A program made the position numbers and the translations under genes. Shown in pieces: positions 38,483-48,700 of a DNA stretch of 64,000 bases. Under the pieces are notes generated by a model, which was not told the origin of the DNA, did not search any database, and saw nothing but the letters and a program-made list of their open reading frames with translations. Source of the stretch: Candidatus Altimarinota bacterium (GTDB lineage: Bacteria; Patescibacteriota; Gracilibacteria; UBA4473); assembly GCA_965231215.1 (NCBI GenBank), contig OZ246423.1:928001-992000 (forward strand). Direction: 5' to 3'. The stretch's first letter is position 1; each line of letters starts with the position of its first letter.

Positions 38483-41400
38483 ATGCGTCACCCCTCTCTT
38501 AGCGTTTGCATGATGGTGCTTATGGTCGTTTTGACTGTGTTTGAGCCAGTTAAAGCCGCAGAATATGATCCCTCGTCCATCCCCAAAAAAGAAACGGGAG
38601 ATGCTTTTACCGCTACAGAGCTAAATACTTTAGTAAATGTAGTGAAGGGTCTTAAACGAGATGACCAAGGCACCAGCGCTTTAGGTGATGATCGATTTGG
38701 AATTGGTCTAGAATCAGCTTCACCAACCCAAAAACTAGAGGTAAACGGAAACGTAAAAGCCACTAGATTTATAGGAGATGGATCACAATTGACCAATCTT
38801 CCAGAACAGTATTGGATAAAATCCTCTGGTAATATTAATTACCCTTTAGGTAATGTAGGTATTGGTACCTCGAGTATAAGTCCAGGGCTAAAACTAGACA
38901 TAGCAGGAAAAGTGGGAGCCGTAGAATACTGTGATGCTTTGGGGACTAATTGTGTAGTGCCCTCGGATGTAGCCTCCAGCATTGCAAGTGGAGGCGGCGC
39001 AAGTGCTATTCAGCGTGGGGGGAGTAATCCAGGCAGTGGAAGTGAAGGAGATGTTTTTTATAATACAACAGATAATCAAATCTATTTTTATAATGGGAGT
39101 AGCTGGGAAGCAATTGGAGGCGGAAAGTGGGGAGAAGGCACAACGCTAGGAACCATTTATTATACTGGTGGAAATGTGGGGATTGGGACGGCGAGTCCGA
39201 AAGTGCCGTTGCATGTGAATGGTGATGCCTATATTCAGGGGCAGGATTTAATTATGTCTTACCCCACTGATGCTAATAATATTGATAGTATCAGTTACAA
39301 CGATGGTAATGCTGTTGGCTCTACGGGGGTTTATACGTTCTTGTCCGATACGACTTTGCGTCCAGCCTGGTACGCACCGACAGCAGCGATTTCCGCGAAG
39401 GGCGGTTATTTTGCAGGTAATGTCGGAATAGGGACCTCAAGTCCAGCCCAAAAGTTGCACGTAAACGGGAACATTCGTGCTGATGGGAGACATCTATATC
39501 TTGGTTCAGCTCAAGATATATATGGAGACAATAGTTCAGCGGTATATTATGACAGCAATCATGATACGGTCACGCAGTTAATCATGAGAGACAAACAAAA
39601 CACGGTATATGGACGACTTTATGGAGATGGTGATGGAGTTGGTTTTGGTCTACTTGATGGAGATGGGAATTGGGCGATTCGACACAGCAAAGACAATTAT
39701 ACAGAGTTTAGAGACAATAATGAGGCTCAGTTTAGAGTAGGAGCTGGAGGAGTTTCTGGAAGTTATGGAACGGTAGAGACTCAAGGAGGAGGAAAAGCAG
39801 GATGGGAAGGATTTAATATAAATGGACGATACGTATTTATGTCTTCCGATAACAATACAGTAGGTATTTATGATGACATCAATAATCGTTGGCGTGAGTA
39901 TTGGGATGCCGATGATTATGATCTTCGTCATCAAAACAATGAACTTATTATGCACGCAGATGAAGATGCCTATACTTACCTCTACCACAATGGAGGCTGG
40001 AAACTCAGGACTGAAAGTACAGGGGTAAGAATTAATAATGATCTCTGGGTAAATCGGATTTGTAATACTTCTGGAGGAGACTGTAAGAACCAATCTTCAC
40101 TTGACAGTGGCAGTGGCGCGAGTGCTATCCAGCGTGGGGGGAGCACTCCAGGGAGTGGAAGTGAAGGAGATGTTTTTTATAACACAACAGATAATCAAAT
40201 CTATTTTTATAATGGAAGTAGCTGGGAAGCAATTGGAGGCGGAAAGTGGGGAGAGGGAACAACGCTAGGAACCATTTATTACACTGGTGGAAATGTGGGG
40301 ATAGGAACCGCTACTCCAGCAGCGTTGTTAGATATAGCTGGGGGAGTCAAGATTGGAGATGATACAGCTGTCTGTGACAACACGAAAGCCGGAACAATCC
40401 GATACCAAGGAGGCGCAGTCCAAGTCTGTGATGGATCGACTTGGGGATCTCTCGTGAATGGGGGGAGTGGGGAGTTTGGGGTGCTGGATTGTGAGCTGGG
40501 GACTTTGGTAATCTCTAGCGATAATAGTGAAGTTTGTACGATCTATAATGATGATATGAAATTGCTGGCCAGTGATGCGGCGGCGGGGGATTGGTTTGGC
40601 TTTAGCGTGTCCGTGTCTGGTGATACGGCCGTGATTGGGGCTTATTTGGATGATGATGGAGGTAGGGATAGTGGTTCGGCCTATGTGTTTAGGCGCTCTG
40701 GGACGAGCTGGGTTCAGGAGGCGAAGCTGACGGCCAGTGATGCGGCGGCGGGGGATTATTTTGGCTGGAGCGTGTCCGTGTCTGGTGATACGGCCGTGAT
40801 TGGGGCTTATCGCGATAATCATGGTGTTGGTTTGTATAGTGGCGCGGCCTATGTGTTTAAGCGCTCTGGGACGAGCTGGGTTCAGGAGGCGAAGCTGACG
40901 GCCAGTGATGCGGCGGAGGGGGATTGGTTTGGCTTTAGTGTGTCCGTGTCTGGTGATACGGCGGTGATTGGGGCTCTTGTCGATGATGATGGAGGTAGGG
41001 ATAGTGGTTCGGCTTATGTGTTTAAGCGCTCTGGGACGAGCTGGGTTCAGGAGGCGAAGCTGAGGGCCTCTGATGCGGGGGCGAATGATCAGTTTGGCTT
41101 TAGCGTGTCCGTGGATGGTGATAGGGTCGTGATTGGGGCTTATGGCTATGATGATGGTGGGGGATGGGCCTATGTGTTTAAGCGCTCTGGGACGAACTGG
41201 GTTCAGGAGGCGAAGCTGACGGCCAGTGATGCGGGGGCGCATGATCGCTTTGGCGTGAGCGTGTCCTTGTCTGGTGATACGGCCGTGATTGGGGCTTATA
41301 AGGATGATACTGCTGGTTGGAAAGCTGGTGCGGCCTATGTGTTTACGCGTTCTGGCACAACATGGACACAGGAGGCGAAGCTGACGGCCAGTGATGCGGG

Positions 41401-42193
41401 GGCGAATTATTTTGGCTTTAGTGTGTCCGTGTCTGGAGATAGGGCGATGATGGGGGCCATTGGCGATAATAATGCTGGTTCGTGGTCTGGCGCGGCCTAT
41501 GTGTTTAAGCGCTCTGGCACAACCTGGACGCAGGAGGCGAAGCTGACGGCCAGTGATGCGGCGAGGGGTGATTCTTTTGGCAGGAGCGTGTCCGTGTCTG
41601 GAGATAGGGCGATGATTGGGGCTCCTTACAATGATGATGGTGGGTCGGGGAGTGGTTCGGCGTATGTTGTAAATATTGGGACTCAGACGTCTGATACGCT
41701 TTCTCAGTTGAGTTGTACGGATGGACAGGTTGCGGCTTGGGATAGTGCGAGCAGTGCTTGGAAATGTGCGGATGGGTCGGGCGGCAGCTCCGCCTTCACC
41801 GTCGTCAAAACCGCATATCAGTCCGTGGCTAACGGCGCTATCGTGACTTGGGATCTGGCGCTGACCAATGTCGGTGATGATTTCGACCTCACCAACAACC
41901 GCTATGTCGCCCCGTCCGACGGGGTCTATCATTTCTCCTATGAGATTCTGGGACAAAATAATACGAATACATCAAACTACCGGGTCTATAAAAATGGCGT
42001 CAACACGGGGATCTCATCCTACGGAGGCGCTGGCGGTAGTGTTGTACATCGACAAAGCGACGCCTCCTTCATTCTGAAACTGACAGCCGGCGATCAGATC
42101 GACATTCGGGCTGCAGGCACTCAACAGCCGTATGGAAACGCAGGGGCCTATCACACCCATTTCTCCGGCTTCAAAACCTCCGGCGGCGGGTAA
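38483..42193 (+). CDS. Secreted tail-fibre-like adhesin 4: paralog of gene 3 with different propeller loops
   Basis: Protein identical by eye to gene 3 up to ...GSTWGSLV, then seven FG-GAP blades with different loops and a near-identical C1q domain. Confidence 0.88.
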   Translation: MRHPSLSVCMMVLMVVLTVFEPVKAAEYDPSSIPKKETGDAFTATELNTLVNVVKGLKRDDQGTSALGDDRFGIGLESASPTQKLEVNGNVKATRFIGDGSQLTNLPEQYWIKSSGNINYPLGNVGIGTSSISPGLKLDIAGKVGAVEYCDALGTNCVVPSDVASSIASGGGASAIQRGGSNPGSGSEGDVFYNTTDNQIYFYNGSSWEAIGGGKWGEGTTLGTIYYTGGNVGIGTASPKVPLHVNGDAYIQGQDLIMSYPTDANNIDSISYNDGNAVGSTGVYTFLSDTTLRPAWYAPTAAISAKGGYFAGNVGIGTSSPAQKLHVNGNIRADGRHLYLGSAQDIYGDNSSAVYYDSNHDTVTQLIMRDKQNTVYGRLYGDGDGVGFGLLDGDGNWAIRHSKDNYTEFRDNNEAQFRVGAGGVSGSYGTVETQGGGKAGWEGFNINGRYVFMSSDNNTVGIYDDINNRWREYWDADDYDLRHQNNELIMHADEDAYTYLYHNGGWKLRTESTGVRINNDLWVNRICNTSGGDCKNQSSLDSGSGASAIQRGGSTPGSGSEGDVFYNTTDNQIYFYNGSSWEAIGGGKWGEGTTLGTIYYTGGNVGIGTATPAALLDIAGGVKIGDDTAVCDNTKAGTIRYQGGAVQVCDGSTWGSLVNGGSGEFGVLDCELGTLVISSDNSEVCTIYNDDMKLLASDAAAGDWFGFSVSVSGDTAVIGAYLDDDGGRDSGSAYVFRRSGTSWVQEAKLTASDAAAGDYFGWSVSVSGDTAVIGAYRDNHGVGLYSGAAYVFKRSGTSWVQEAKLTASDAAEGDWFGFSVSVSGDTAVIGALVDDDGGRDSGSAYVFKRSGTSWVQEAKLRASDAGANDQFGFSVSVDGDRVVIGAYGYDDGGGWAYVFKRSGTNWVQEAKLTASDAGAHDRFGVSVSLSGDTAVIGAYKDDTAGWKAGAAYVFTRSGTTWTQEAKLTASDAGANYFGFSVSVSGDRAMMGAIGDNNAGSWSGAAYVFKRSGTTWTQEAKLTASDAARGDSFGRSVSVSGDRAMIGAPYNDDGGSGSGSAYVVNIGTQTSDTLSQLSCTDGQVAAWDSASSAWKCADGSGGSSAFTVVKTAYQSVANGAIVTWDLALTNVGDDFDLTNNRYVAPSDGVYHFSYEILGQNNTNTSNYRVYKNGVNTGISSYGGAGGSVVHRQSDASFILKLTAGDQIDIRAAGTQQPYGNAGAYHTHFSGFKTSGGG
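40559..41680 (+). repeat. Seven FG-GAP tandem repeats (array B)
   Basis: Same scaffold as array A, 12 nt longer overall. Confidence 0.93.
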
Positions 42194-42398
42194 AGGCACT
42201 ACCGTTGATTCAGTCACCATCGCCGCAACCACCCCCCAAAGAACCGTACCGGTAAATGTTTCCGGGGTCAATAACGCGGTTGGCGTGAACGGAAGTTGTG
42301 CGGTTCTTTCTGACGGACAAGTCCAGTGCTGGGACAGATACGGACTGCATACTATTTCCGGAATTGATAATGTGGTTTCATTGGGAAACGCTTATTGA
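42192..42398 (+). pseudogene. Truncated RCC1-like segment in the +1 frame after gene 4
   Basis: Paralogous to 37453-37653; ends SLGNAY* at the duplication boundary. Confidence 0.7.
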
Positions 42399-42882
42399 AC
42401 AACAAAAGGCAGTTCACTTGGAAAACCGAGATATTTTTTCACTTTGTAAACGGATTCCTAAAGATCAGGCCGAAGACCGAGCTTTGTGTTTTCAGGAGGC
42501 TGCCGCGTTGGCACTGAGAGAGTCCAGTGATGAAACATTGTGTGAATATTTTGTAGAAGAAATGTCTCGTGAATCCTGTCGGGCTGATGTGCTTACCCGA
42601 CAAGCCGAATCCAGTGGTAATGTGGAACTTTGTAATAAAATAAGGGATCCTTTCCGGTCAAGTTGTTACGGTCTTTTACTCAATCGTTTGAGTTCTACCG
42701 ATCATGATTACACGATAGAGGTTTGTGAATTGCTAGAAGATGGCTTTTTCAGGAGAGAATGTTACTACTTATTCTTAGACCGCCGTGAGAATGCCGAGAT
42801 TTGTCATAATACCCAAGACCTGCCGGCAATGCTGGGAGACCTCTGTGAAGAGAGACTCAGTGCAGATGATGAGAGAACATAA
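42385..42882 (+). pseudogene. N-terminally truncated Cys-repeat protein, paralog of the middle domain of 45757-49320
   Basis: CRADVLTRQAESSGNVELCNKI aligns with CRALIMTQRAVAEGNLDFCNGL. No native start; the frame begins at the duplication junction. Confidence 0.7.
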
Positions 42883-42979
42883 AAAACACTTCGATTCTCT
42901 CTGGAAGGGGCAGACCAATAATATTTTAAAAATCTTCGGATAGACTTCCCCAGGCTGCCGGGTAGAATGGGGGCTGACA

Positions 42980-44272
42980 ATGAAAAATAAACACTCAAAT
43001 TTAATATTATTGGTGACGATTTTTACTTTGATAGCCTGTAGTCAAAAGCCTTTATCCAAAAAAACTACCCCAACACCTTTAGAGAACACTCTCAAATTGT
43101 CTCAGGAATGGATGCTGAACTTTCAGGCAGATTCAGGGTTACTTCATTATGTATATCGCCCAGTGGAAAATAGTTTTGATGATGACAACAATTTGGTACG
43201 TCAGGTGGGGTCACTCTGGGGCTTTGCTCAAACTCTAGAAGGAGATATTGATACTGAAAAAGCGCGGTTTATAGACACATTCTTAGACGCCATTGAAGAA
43301 AATATGGAATACCATTTCCTAGGCAACCAAGAAATTGGATATCTGACCTGGGGTAATATAGCTAAAACGAACACCACAGCCCTCTACATTTTAGCTCTAT
43401 TAGAACTTGAGTCTCAAGGCTATGTCTTGTCGCCAGAAAGAGAAAAAGCGCTTCATAAGGTGGCTCTAGGATTAGAGCTTATGGCTAGCAGTGGTGGGGG
43501 ATTTTGGTATATTTATTTTTTCCCTCGAGCGCATAACAAAGTTTCAGCCTACGCTACTGGGGAAGCCTTATTTGCTTTGACCAAGTACCATAAAGCCTAT
43601 CCAAACGCACGCCCTGATTTGAAAGACTTTTTAGAAGTTCAATACAAAACTTATTTTGAAGAAAATATTCTTCCAGCCAAAAACTTCCAGGATCCGATTA
43701 TTCGTGGATTTTTTGCTTGGGGGATGTATTTCCTGAATGAAATGGATGACCTAGCTCCAGTGGATTATGAGAAATATGTAAAACCAATGCTCGTCTGGGC
43801 ATTAGAAGAGAGGGTTTCTACCTTTTGTGCGATAAAAGGCGAAGGCTGTATTTCTGGAGTCAGTGCCGGTGAGGCTTCCTTTATGGAAGGGTTTTTAGCC
43901 GCCTATCCTTTGGTAAAAAAATATGACCCTCCGTTTGTGCTTGAAATAGAAAAATATCTCCATCCGGCTGCCCAAATGTTTATGGATCTGCAGGTTACTT
44001 CTGTTGAAAATTTTGAAACTAAGGTGCAGCAAAATTTCACAGGAGAGGATCACTATCTTATTGGAGGATTCTGCCAAAACCCTGAGTGTGCTCTCTTTAG
44101 GAATGACTATAACCAGCATGCTATGACAGCACTATTTTGGTACAAATCATGGCTACCAGAATTTGAGTTCCTCCCAAAGCTGACAGAGAATAAATCGGTA
44201 GATCAAAACCATGAGTACGCCCAAAAAAATACTCCACCAAAAGAGGTGAATAACATCGAGGTAAGGAACTAA
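42980..44272 (+). CDS. Lipoprotein, putative (alpha/alpha)-barrel (six-hairpin-like); paralog of 50048-51136
   Basis: Lipobox LIAC; NLVRQVGSLW, AKTNTTALYILAL, YATGEALFAL, GGFC...FRNDYNQHAMTAL. Confidence 0.75.
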   Translation: MKNKHSNLILLVTIFTLIACSQKPLSKKTTPTPLENTLKLSQEWMLNFQADSGLLHYVYRPVENSFDDDNNLVRQVGSLWGFAQTLEGDIDTEKARFIDTFLDAIEENMEYHFLGNQEIGYLTWGNIAKTNTTALYILALLELESQGYVLSPEREKALHKVALGLELMASSGGGFWYIYFFPRAHNKVSAYATGEALFALTKYHKAYPNARPDLKDFLEVQYKTYFEENILPAKNFQDPIIRGFFAWGMYFLNEMDDLAPVDYEKYVKPMLVWALEERVSTFCAIKGEGCISGVSAGEASFMEGFLAAYPLVKKYDPPFVLEIEKYLHPAAQMFMDLQVTSVENFETKVQQNFTGEDHYLIGGFCQNPECALFRNDYNQHAMTALFWYKSWLPEFEFLPKLTENKSVDQNHEYAQKNTPPKEVNNIEVRN

Positions 44273-44368
44273 TATTTTTTGTACCCAATTGAGTTCTGTC
44301 AGAGGGTTGTCTTGAATCTGAGGAGAGGCTAGAGGCGGAAGACGTTCAAATAAAGCTTGATTATACAT
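44153..44368 (-). CDS. Possible small single-TM protein downstream of the HTTM gene
   Basis: ATG 5 nt after the HTTM stop; TM IHLFWWSIFLGVLMVLIY. Overlaps only the non-conserved tail of 42980-44272. Confidence 0.35.
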   Translation of the reverse strand: MYNQALFERLPPLASPQIQDNPLTELNWVQKILVPYLDVIHLFWWSIFLGVLMVLIYRFILCQLWEELKFW

Positions 44369-44373
44369 AGTGT

Positions 44374-45648
44374 TTACCAGTAAATATTTTGATGAGGACG
44401 AGCAATAATAGGCGCCTCTTCAGTGGTTTTGATCCAGGAGTTATGTCTGAAAGGGGTATAGGTGAGATTACAGATATCAGGCTCGTCTATAATTCTGTGA
44501 AAAGGGCCACCATTAATACTGTGGTCAAGCACCATACCGACAGCTTCATCTTCAAAGGTAGTACAAAATTTGTTTCGTTTTCTAAACCAAATGCCGTAAG
44601 GATCACAACGTCTTCTAGCAGAGAGTCTAACTTCAGAAGCAATAGAATCTCCATTTTCTCTAAAAAATTGAATCCTACACTGATGGTTTGCCTCAAACAT
44701 GTAGAGTCCATAAAAATTTCCCTCTAGCGTCAATTTTTCGTCCCCAGCAATGAAGTGAGAAAGAGACTGAATTACAAATATTAAGGTGATCAATACCCAT
44801 CCAGTGATAGATTTTAGATCCAGAGGGATTTTTTTCCAGGGCGTAAACCAAGGGCCAAACAGAATAATCAAACTGGGCAATACGATAGTCGGGTAGTGAT
44901 AGTATACCAGTAACCCCGAATAGAGATGAAACGTAATAAAGAAAAGCAGTACGAGTCTTTGCAGTACCCAGTTTTTGCTAAACAAAAACCAAGCCGCTAC
45001 CATTTCCATAAAGATAACGAGGTTTGTCCAGAAAGTGGTGGTGATATCGGGGAAAATAGGGAGGCCAGTCTTGAGGGAAGTAAAATAGGTTCCAAGCGTC
45101 CAACCAGGGTGGATTTTGGTAGCGGTAGAAAGGAAATAAAAGGACACAAAAGCCAGTTGCGCAAAGAACTTTTTATGCGGTAAAAACAGTAATACCAGAC
45201 AGAATATAGTGTGGTAGTAGTTATAGTTTTGTTTGTGCTCAAAGGTCAGAAATAAAAAATAAAATTTCCAGATAAATAAAAACAAAATAGCAAGATGTGC
45301 ATAATGCCATTTTTGACGGTACATCGCATATACACAGGCAATCATTACGCCGAACAACACCATGAACACAAATGGCTGCGAGTATCCATCGGGGAGAGTA
45401 GATAAAAACCTAAAATTTTCACAGGCTGTTTGGGCAAAAGGCCAGCAGGTATAGGATTTATTTTCGAGCGCTTCGAGCGTAGTGCTAGGATTCCCGATCC
45501 AAGTTTTATAGGTAGCATGGAACCCCAAAAGTACCGCGCCTAAAAACCATTTAAGGGTTATGTCATTTTCAATTTCATGTACCGAGAATATTTTTTTATA
45601 GATCCGCCAGAAACGGGTGTCTGGAGGACTTTGTGTTTGTGTTTTCAT
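44374..45648 (-). CDS. HTTM / vitamin K-dependent gamma-carboxylase-like membrane protein
   Basis: QNYNYYH, FYFLSTATKIHPGWTLG (cf. GGCX VYFIAGVKKLDADWVEG), FH, SHFIAGDEKLTLEGNFYGLYMF. Confidence 0.72.
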   Translation of the reverse strand: MKTQTQSPPDTRFWRIYKKIFSVHEIENDITLKWFLGAVLLGFHATYKTWIGNPSTTLEALENKSYTCWPFAQTACENFRFLSTLPDGYSQPFVFMVLFGVMIACVYAMYRQKWHYAHLAILFLFIWKFYFLFLTFEHKQNYNYYHTIFCLVLLFLPHKKFFAQLAFVSFYFLSTATKIHPGWTLGTYFTSLKTGLPIFPDITTTFWTNLVIFMEMVAAWFLFSKNWVLQRLVLLFFITFHLYSGLLVYYHYPTIVLPSLIILFGPWFTPWKKIPLDLKSITGWVLITLIFVIQSLSHFIAGDEKLTLEGNFYGLYMFEANHQCRIQFFRENGDSIASEVRLSARRRCDPYGIWFRKRNKFCTTFEDEAVGMVLDHSINGGPFHRIIDEPDICNLTYTPFRHNSWIKTTEEAPIIARPHQNIYW

Positions 45649-45756
45649 GTATGATTTATTTTTATTGGTTTTGGGGCTGAATGCAACGGATTTTTAGACT
45701 GGGAATTCATGTTTTTTTTTCTATAATTTAAGGGAAGCTTACCTCTTTATTTTTCA

Positions 45757-48700
45757 ATGCGATTTATCCATTTTTGGACTTATATTTTGATGCTTGTTTT
45801 TGGAACTTTTTATTTCTGGACCCAGTCTAGATATCCAAAACTGCTTGAAAAATCTGTGGCTGGAGAACTCATAGAAACGGATGGTGGGATTGCCTTTCAT
45901 CCAAAATTTTTTCTAGAACCCACAGATTTATGGTTTGAGGCCATCGGAAAAATATTTTTTAACTGGGGGTATGACAACATCCAGGGAATGACTTTTGGGT
46001 TTTTTCTCGGAGCGGTTATTCTGTCACTCGTAAAGGTATCTCCTTGGTTTCAAAAAACTTACAAATCCCATTGGGCCAATATCCTTCAGGGGTTTACGTT
46101 AGGGGTGCCTATTGGCGTTTGTGCTAATTGTATTGTTCCCGTAGGGCAAGGACTTATTAGGGCCGGTAAATCCTGGTCTTTAGTGCTGACTACGATGGTG
46201 AGTTCTCCTACGTTTAACGTCATTGTGATACTCATTTTGATGTTGCTGTTTCCCTGGTATTTGGTGCTGCTTAAAATCTTAGGAACGCTGCTAATCATTG
46301 CCTGCATTCCTCTCATTACGGCAGGACTTGAAAACAAAAAAAATGCCAAATCTATAGCGGCTGAATCCTGCGAAGTAAAATCCTACAAAAATGGTGTTGA
46401 AGCTTTTCTAGACGCTATTAAAGATTTTTTGAAACACCTAGTTTTTATCCTCCAAAAGACTTTGGGCTGGATGATATTAGCCGGACTTTTAGGAGCTATA
46501 TTTATCTATTTTATGCCGTTTGATGTGCTTTCAGAGCTACCAGTAACTTGGTGGAGTCTGATTTTTATTGCGATGGTAGGAACTTTTGTTCCAGTGCCGA
46601 TAACTTTTGATCTCTTTTTGGCTTCTATTTTATTTCAGGGTGGAGCGCCAGCAGGAATTGTAATGGTGCTCTTATTTACTTTAGGGATTCACAGTATCTA
46701 TCCAGCAATGATTATTTATCGTGAAGCCAACCCAAAAGTCGCGTTAAAACTCTTTAGTCTGGTAGTGGCGATGGGGGTTTTGCTGGGAATGCTGGCACAC
46801 CAGTTGGATACACGTTTTGTGAACCAGACAAAGTCGGTTTTAAGCCAACAAGCCGTGCAAAATTTTCAAAAAGAGAAAGCCATTTTAAAACAATCTTGCC
46901 GTCAGTTGCCAGATATAAAAGCTCAAGAAGCCTGTTTCAAAAAAGGAATTAAAGAACGGCTTGGAAAAAACCAAAAGGCTGACTTGTGTAAATTAGAATC
47001 TGATTGGCTTTCGGTTTCCCAGTGTAGAGCCTTGATTATGACTCAGCGAGCTGTGGCAGAAGGAAACTTGGATTTTTGTAATGGATTGTATAAAGAGCTC
47101 AAACTTAACTGCCAAAGGGCGGTAGTGCAGTCAGTAGTAGAAGAGCGCCGTAAACATAAAGCTATCTGCAAAGTACTCCCTCAAGCTGAGCAATTGAAAT
47201 GTGAAGATGAAGTCGAAAAAAGACGAGTTTCACAAATCTATCCAGAATTTTATAGTGTGCTTTGTTCTGGATTTGAGCGCCCAAGGAACCTCGATTTCTG
47301 TTTTGCTAAAAGAGTCATCTATCAGCCAGAACTCTGTGATGAATTGAAATCTTCAGAAGATCAGCTTTGGTGTCATGAAAAGAGAATCCTTACACAAGCT
47401 ACGATCACTATTGAAGATATGTACCTAGAAGATCCGGCAGGAAGTAGAGCCATTTTAGACATTAAATCTGATGTCTCTGAAAAACCTTTGTCCGAGATTA
47501 AAACCCCTCAAATTATACCGGAAGTGCTGTCAGATCAAGATGACATTAAAATCGAAACTATTAAAGGTTTGCCTAAATCTACTTGGGACGGGGCAACTGT
47601 TTTTGAGCGAATAGAATTGCCTCATATGGGGAACCGGTTTGGGATACTTGATTTTTTTACGCCTTTCTCATTGGGGAGAGGTATTGCGGTGGGAGATGTA
47701 AATAAAGATCATTGGCCAGACTTGGTTTTTGCTACAAAAAGTGGGGTTGAGCTTTATGTTGGAAATGGAACTGAGAATTTTTCGAAAGTAAAATTGGACG
47801 AGAACCTATCATCTAAAAGCGTGTTTTTAGTCAGTCTAATTGATATAAATAACGATACTTGGGTAGACATATTTTTATCTACTTATTCTGGTAAGAACTT
47901 TTTTATCATTAATGATGAAGGGGTATTTTCAGAGGTTATAGAGCTTGATAAAAATTCAGAGAGAGCTATTAGTTTTGGAGCCACATTTAGTGATTTAGAT
48001 CAAAATGGATTCTTGGATATAGGTCTGGGCAATGTCACTTCCTATAACCGAGATTTTATTCGTAAAACTTCCTCAAAAAATGAAGTCTATCTCAATAATA
48101 GCTTAGATTTTAAAAAATATGATTTCCCAGAAATCACAGGGGAAACCCTTTCAATTTTGTTTTCAGACGTAGATCAAAATGGGGTTACAGACCTTCTTGT
48201 GGGCAATGATTATAAAGAGCCAGATATGTATTATTTTGATTTTTTTGAGCACAAAACGCCGGATAAAAGATCCAAAATAAAACACACCGCTGCCAGTACT
48301 ATGAGTATTGATACTGGAGATATAAATAATGATCTTCATTTGGATCTGTTTTTGGCGGATATGAGCTTTAAAAAAAATAGCGTTAACTACTGTGATAGTA
48401 TCAAAGATGCCGAGGCTTATAAAAAGTGTAGTTACTATCGTGATGTACTCCATCCAATTATTAGGAGTCGCTCAGTGAGTCAGTGCCAAAGTTTGGAAGC
48501 GAGTGGTGCTTGTATGGTGGCCGTGGCTTTAGCTTTGGCCATTCAGTATGAAGATAAAAGTTTTTGTGAAGCCATACCTACCGTCTATCCCAAAGTTCAG
48601 GCACGATGTTTTCGGGCTCTAGAACAAAGAACCGATAAAATTGAAACCATGGATCTAAACGATTTTGGCTGGCAAAAAACAGAGAACGTATTGCTCTTGG

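Larger units (their letters stand above)
38079..42392 (+). repeat. Tandem duplication unit, copy B
   Basis: See copy A. Homology stops at GGGAAACGCT (42392). Confidence 0.93.

Noticed and set aside
35832-41680. Diversity-generating retroelement as the cause of propeller variation
   Set aside because: No reverse transcriptase, Avd or non-coding template repeat in the window. Neither array looks like an adenine-bearing template of the other, and loop indels occur. A remote DGR cannot be excluded without the genome.
40328-41956. 542-aa antisense ORF
   Set aside because: It is codon-in-register with gene 4 and stays open because TTA, CTA and TCA codons are avoided there. The equivalent in copy A is fragmented, and the product is R/I/H-rich low-complexity sequence.
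42298-42384. GTG start for the 194-aa ORF at 42298
   Set aside because: This stretch is out-of-frame RCC1-duplicate DNA; credible coding signal begins only at the junction (~42385)
26900-42400. Prophage tail region
   Set aside because: The fibre-like genes have signal peptides and mostly their own promoter motifs; no capsid, portal, terminase, lysis or integrase genes
30992-42400. Shufflon/invertase-type tip switching
   Set aside because: All modules are in direct orientation, with no inverted cassettes or recombinase gene seen
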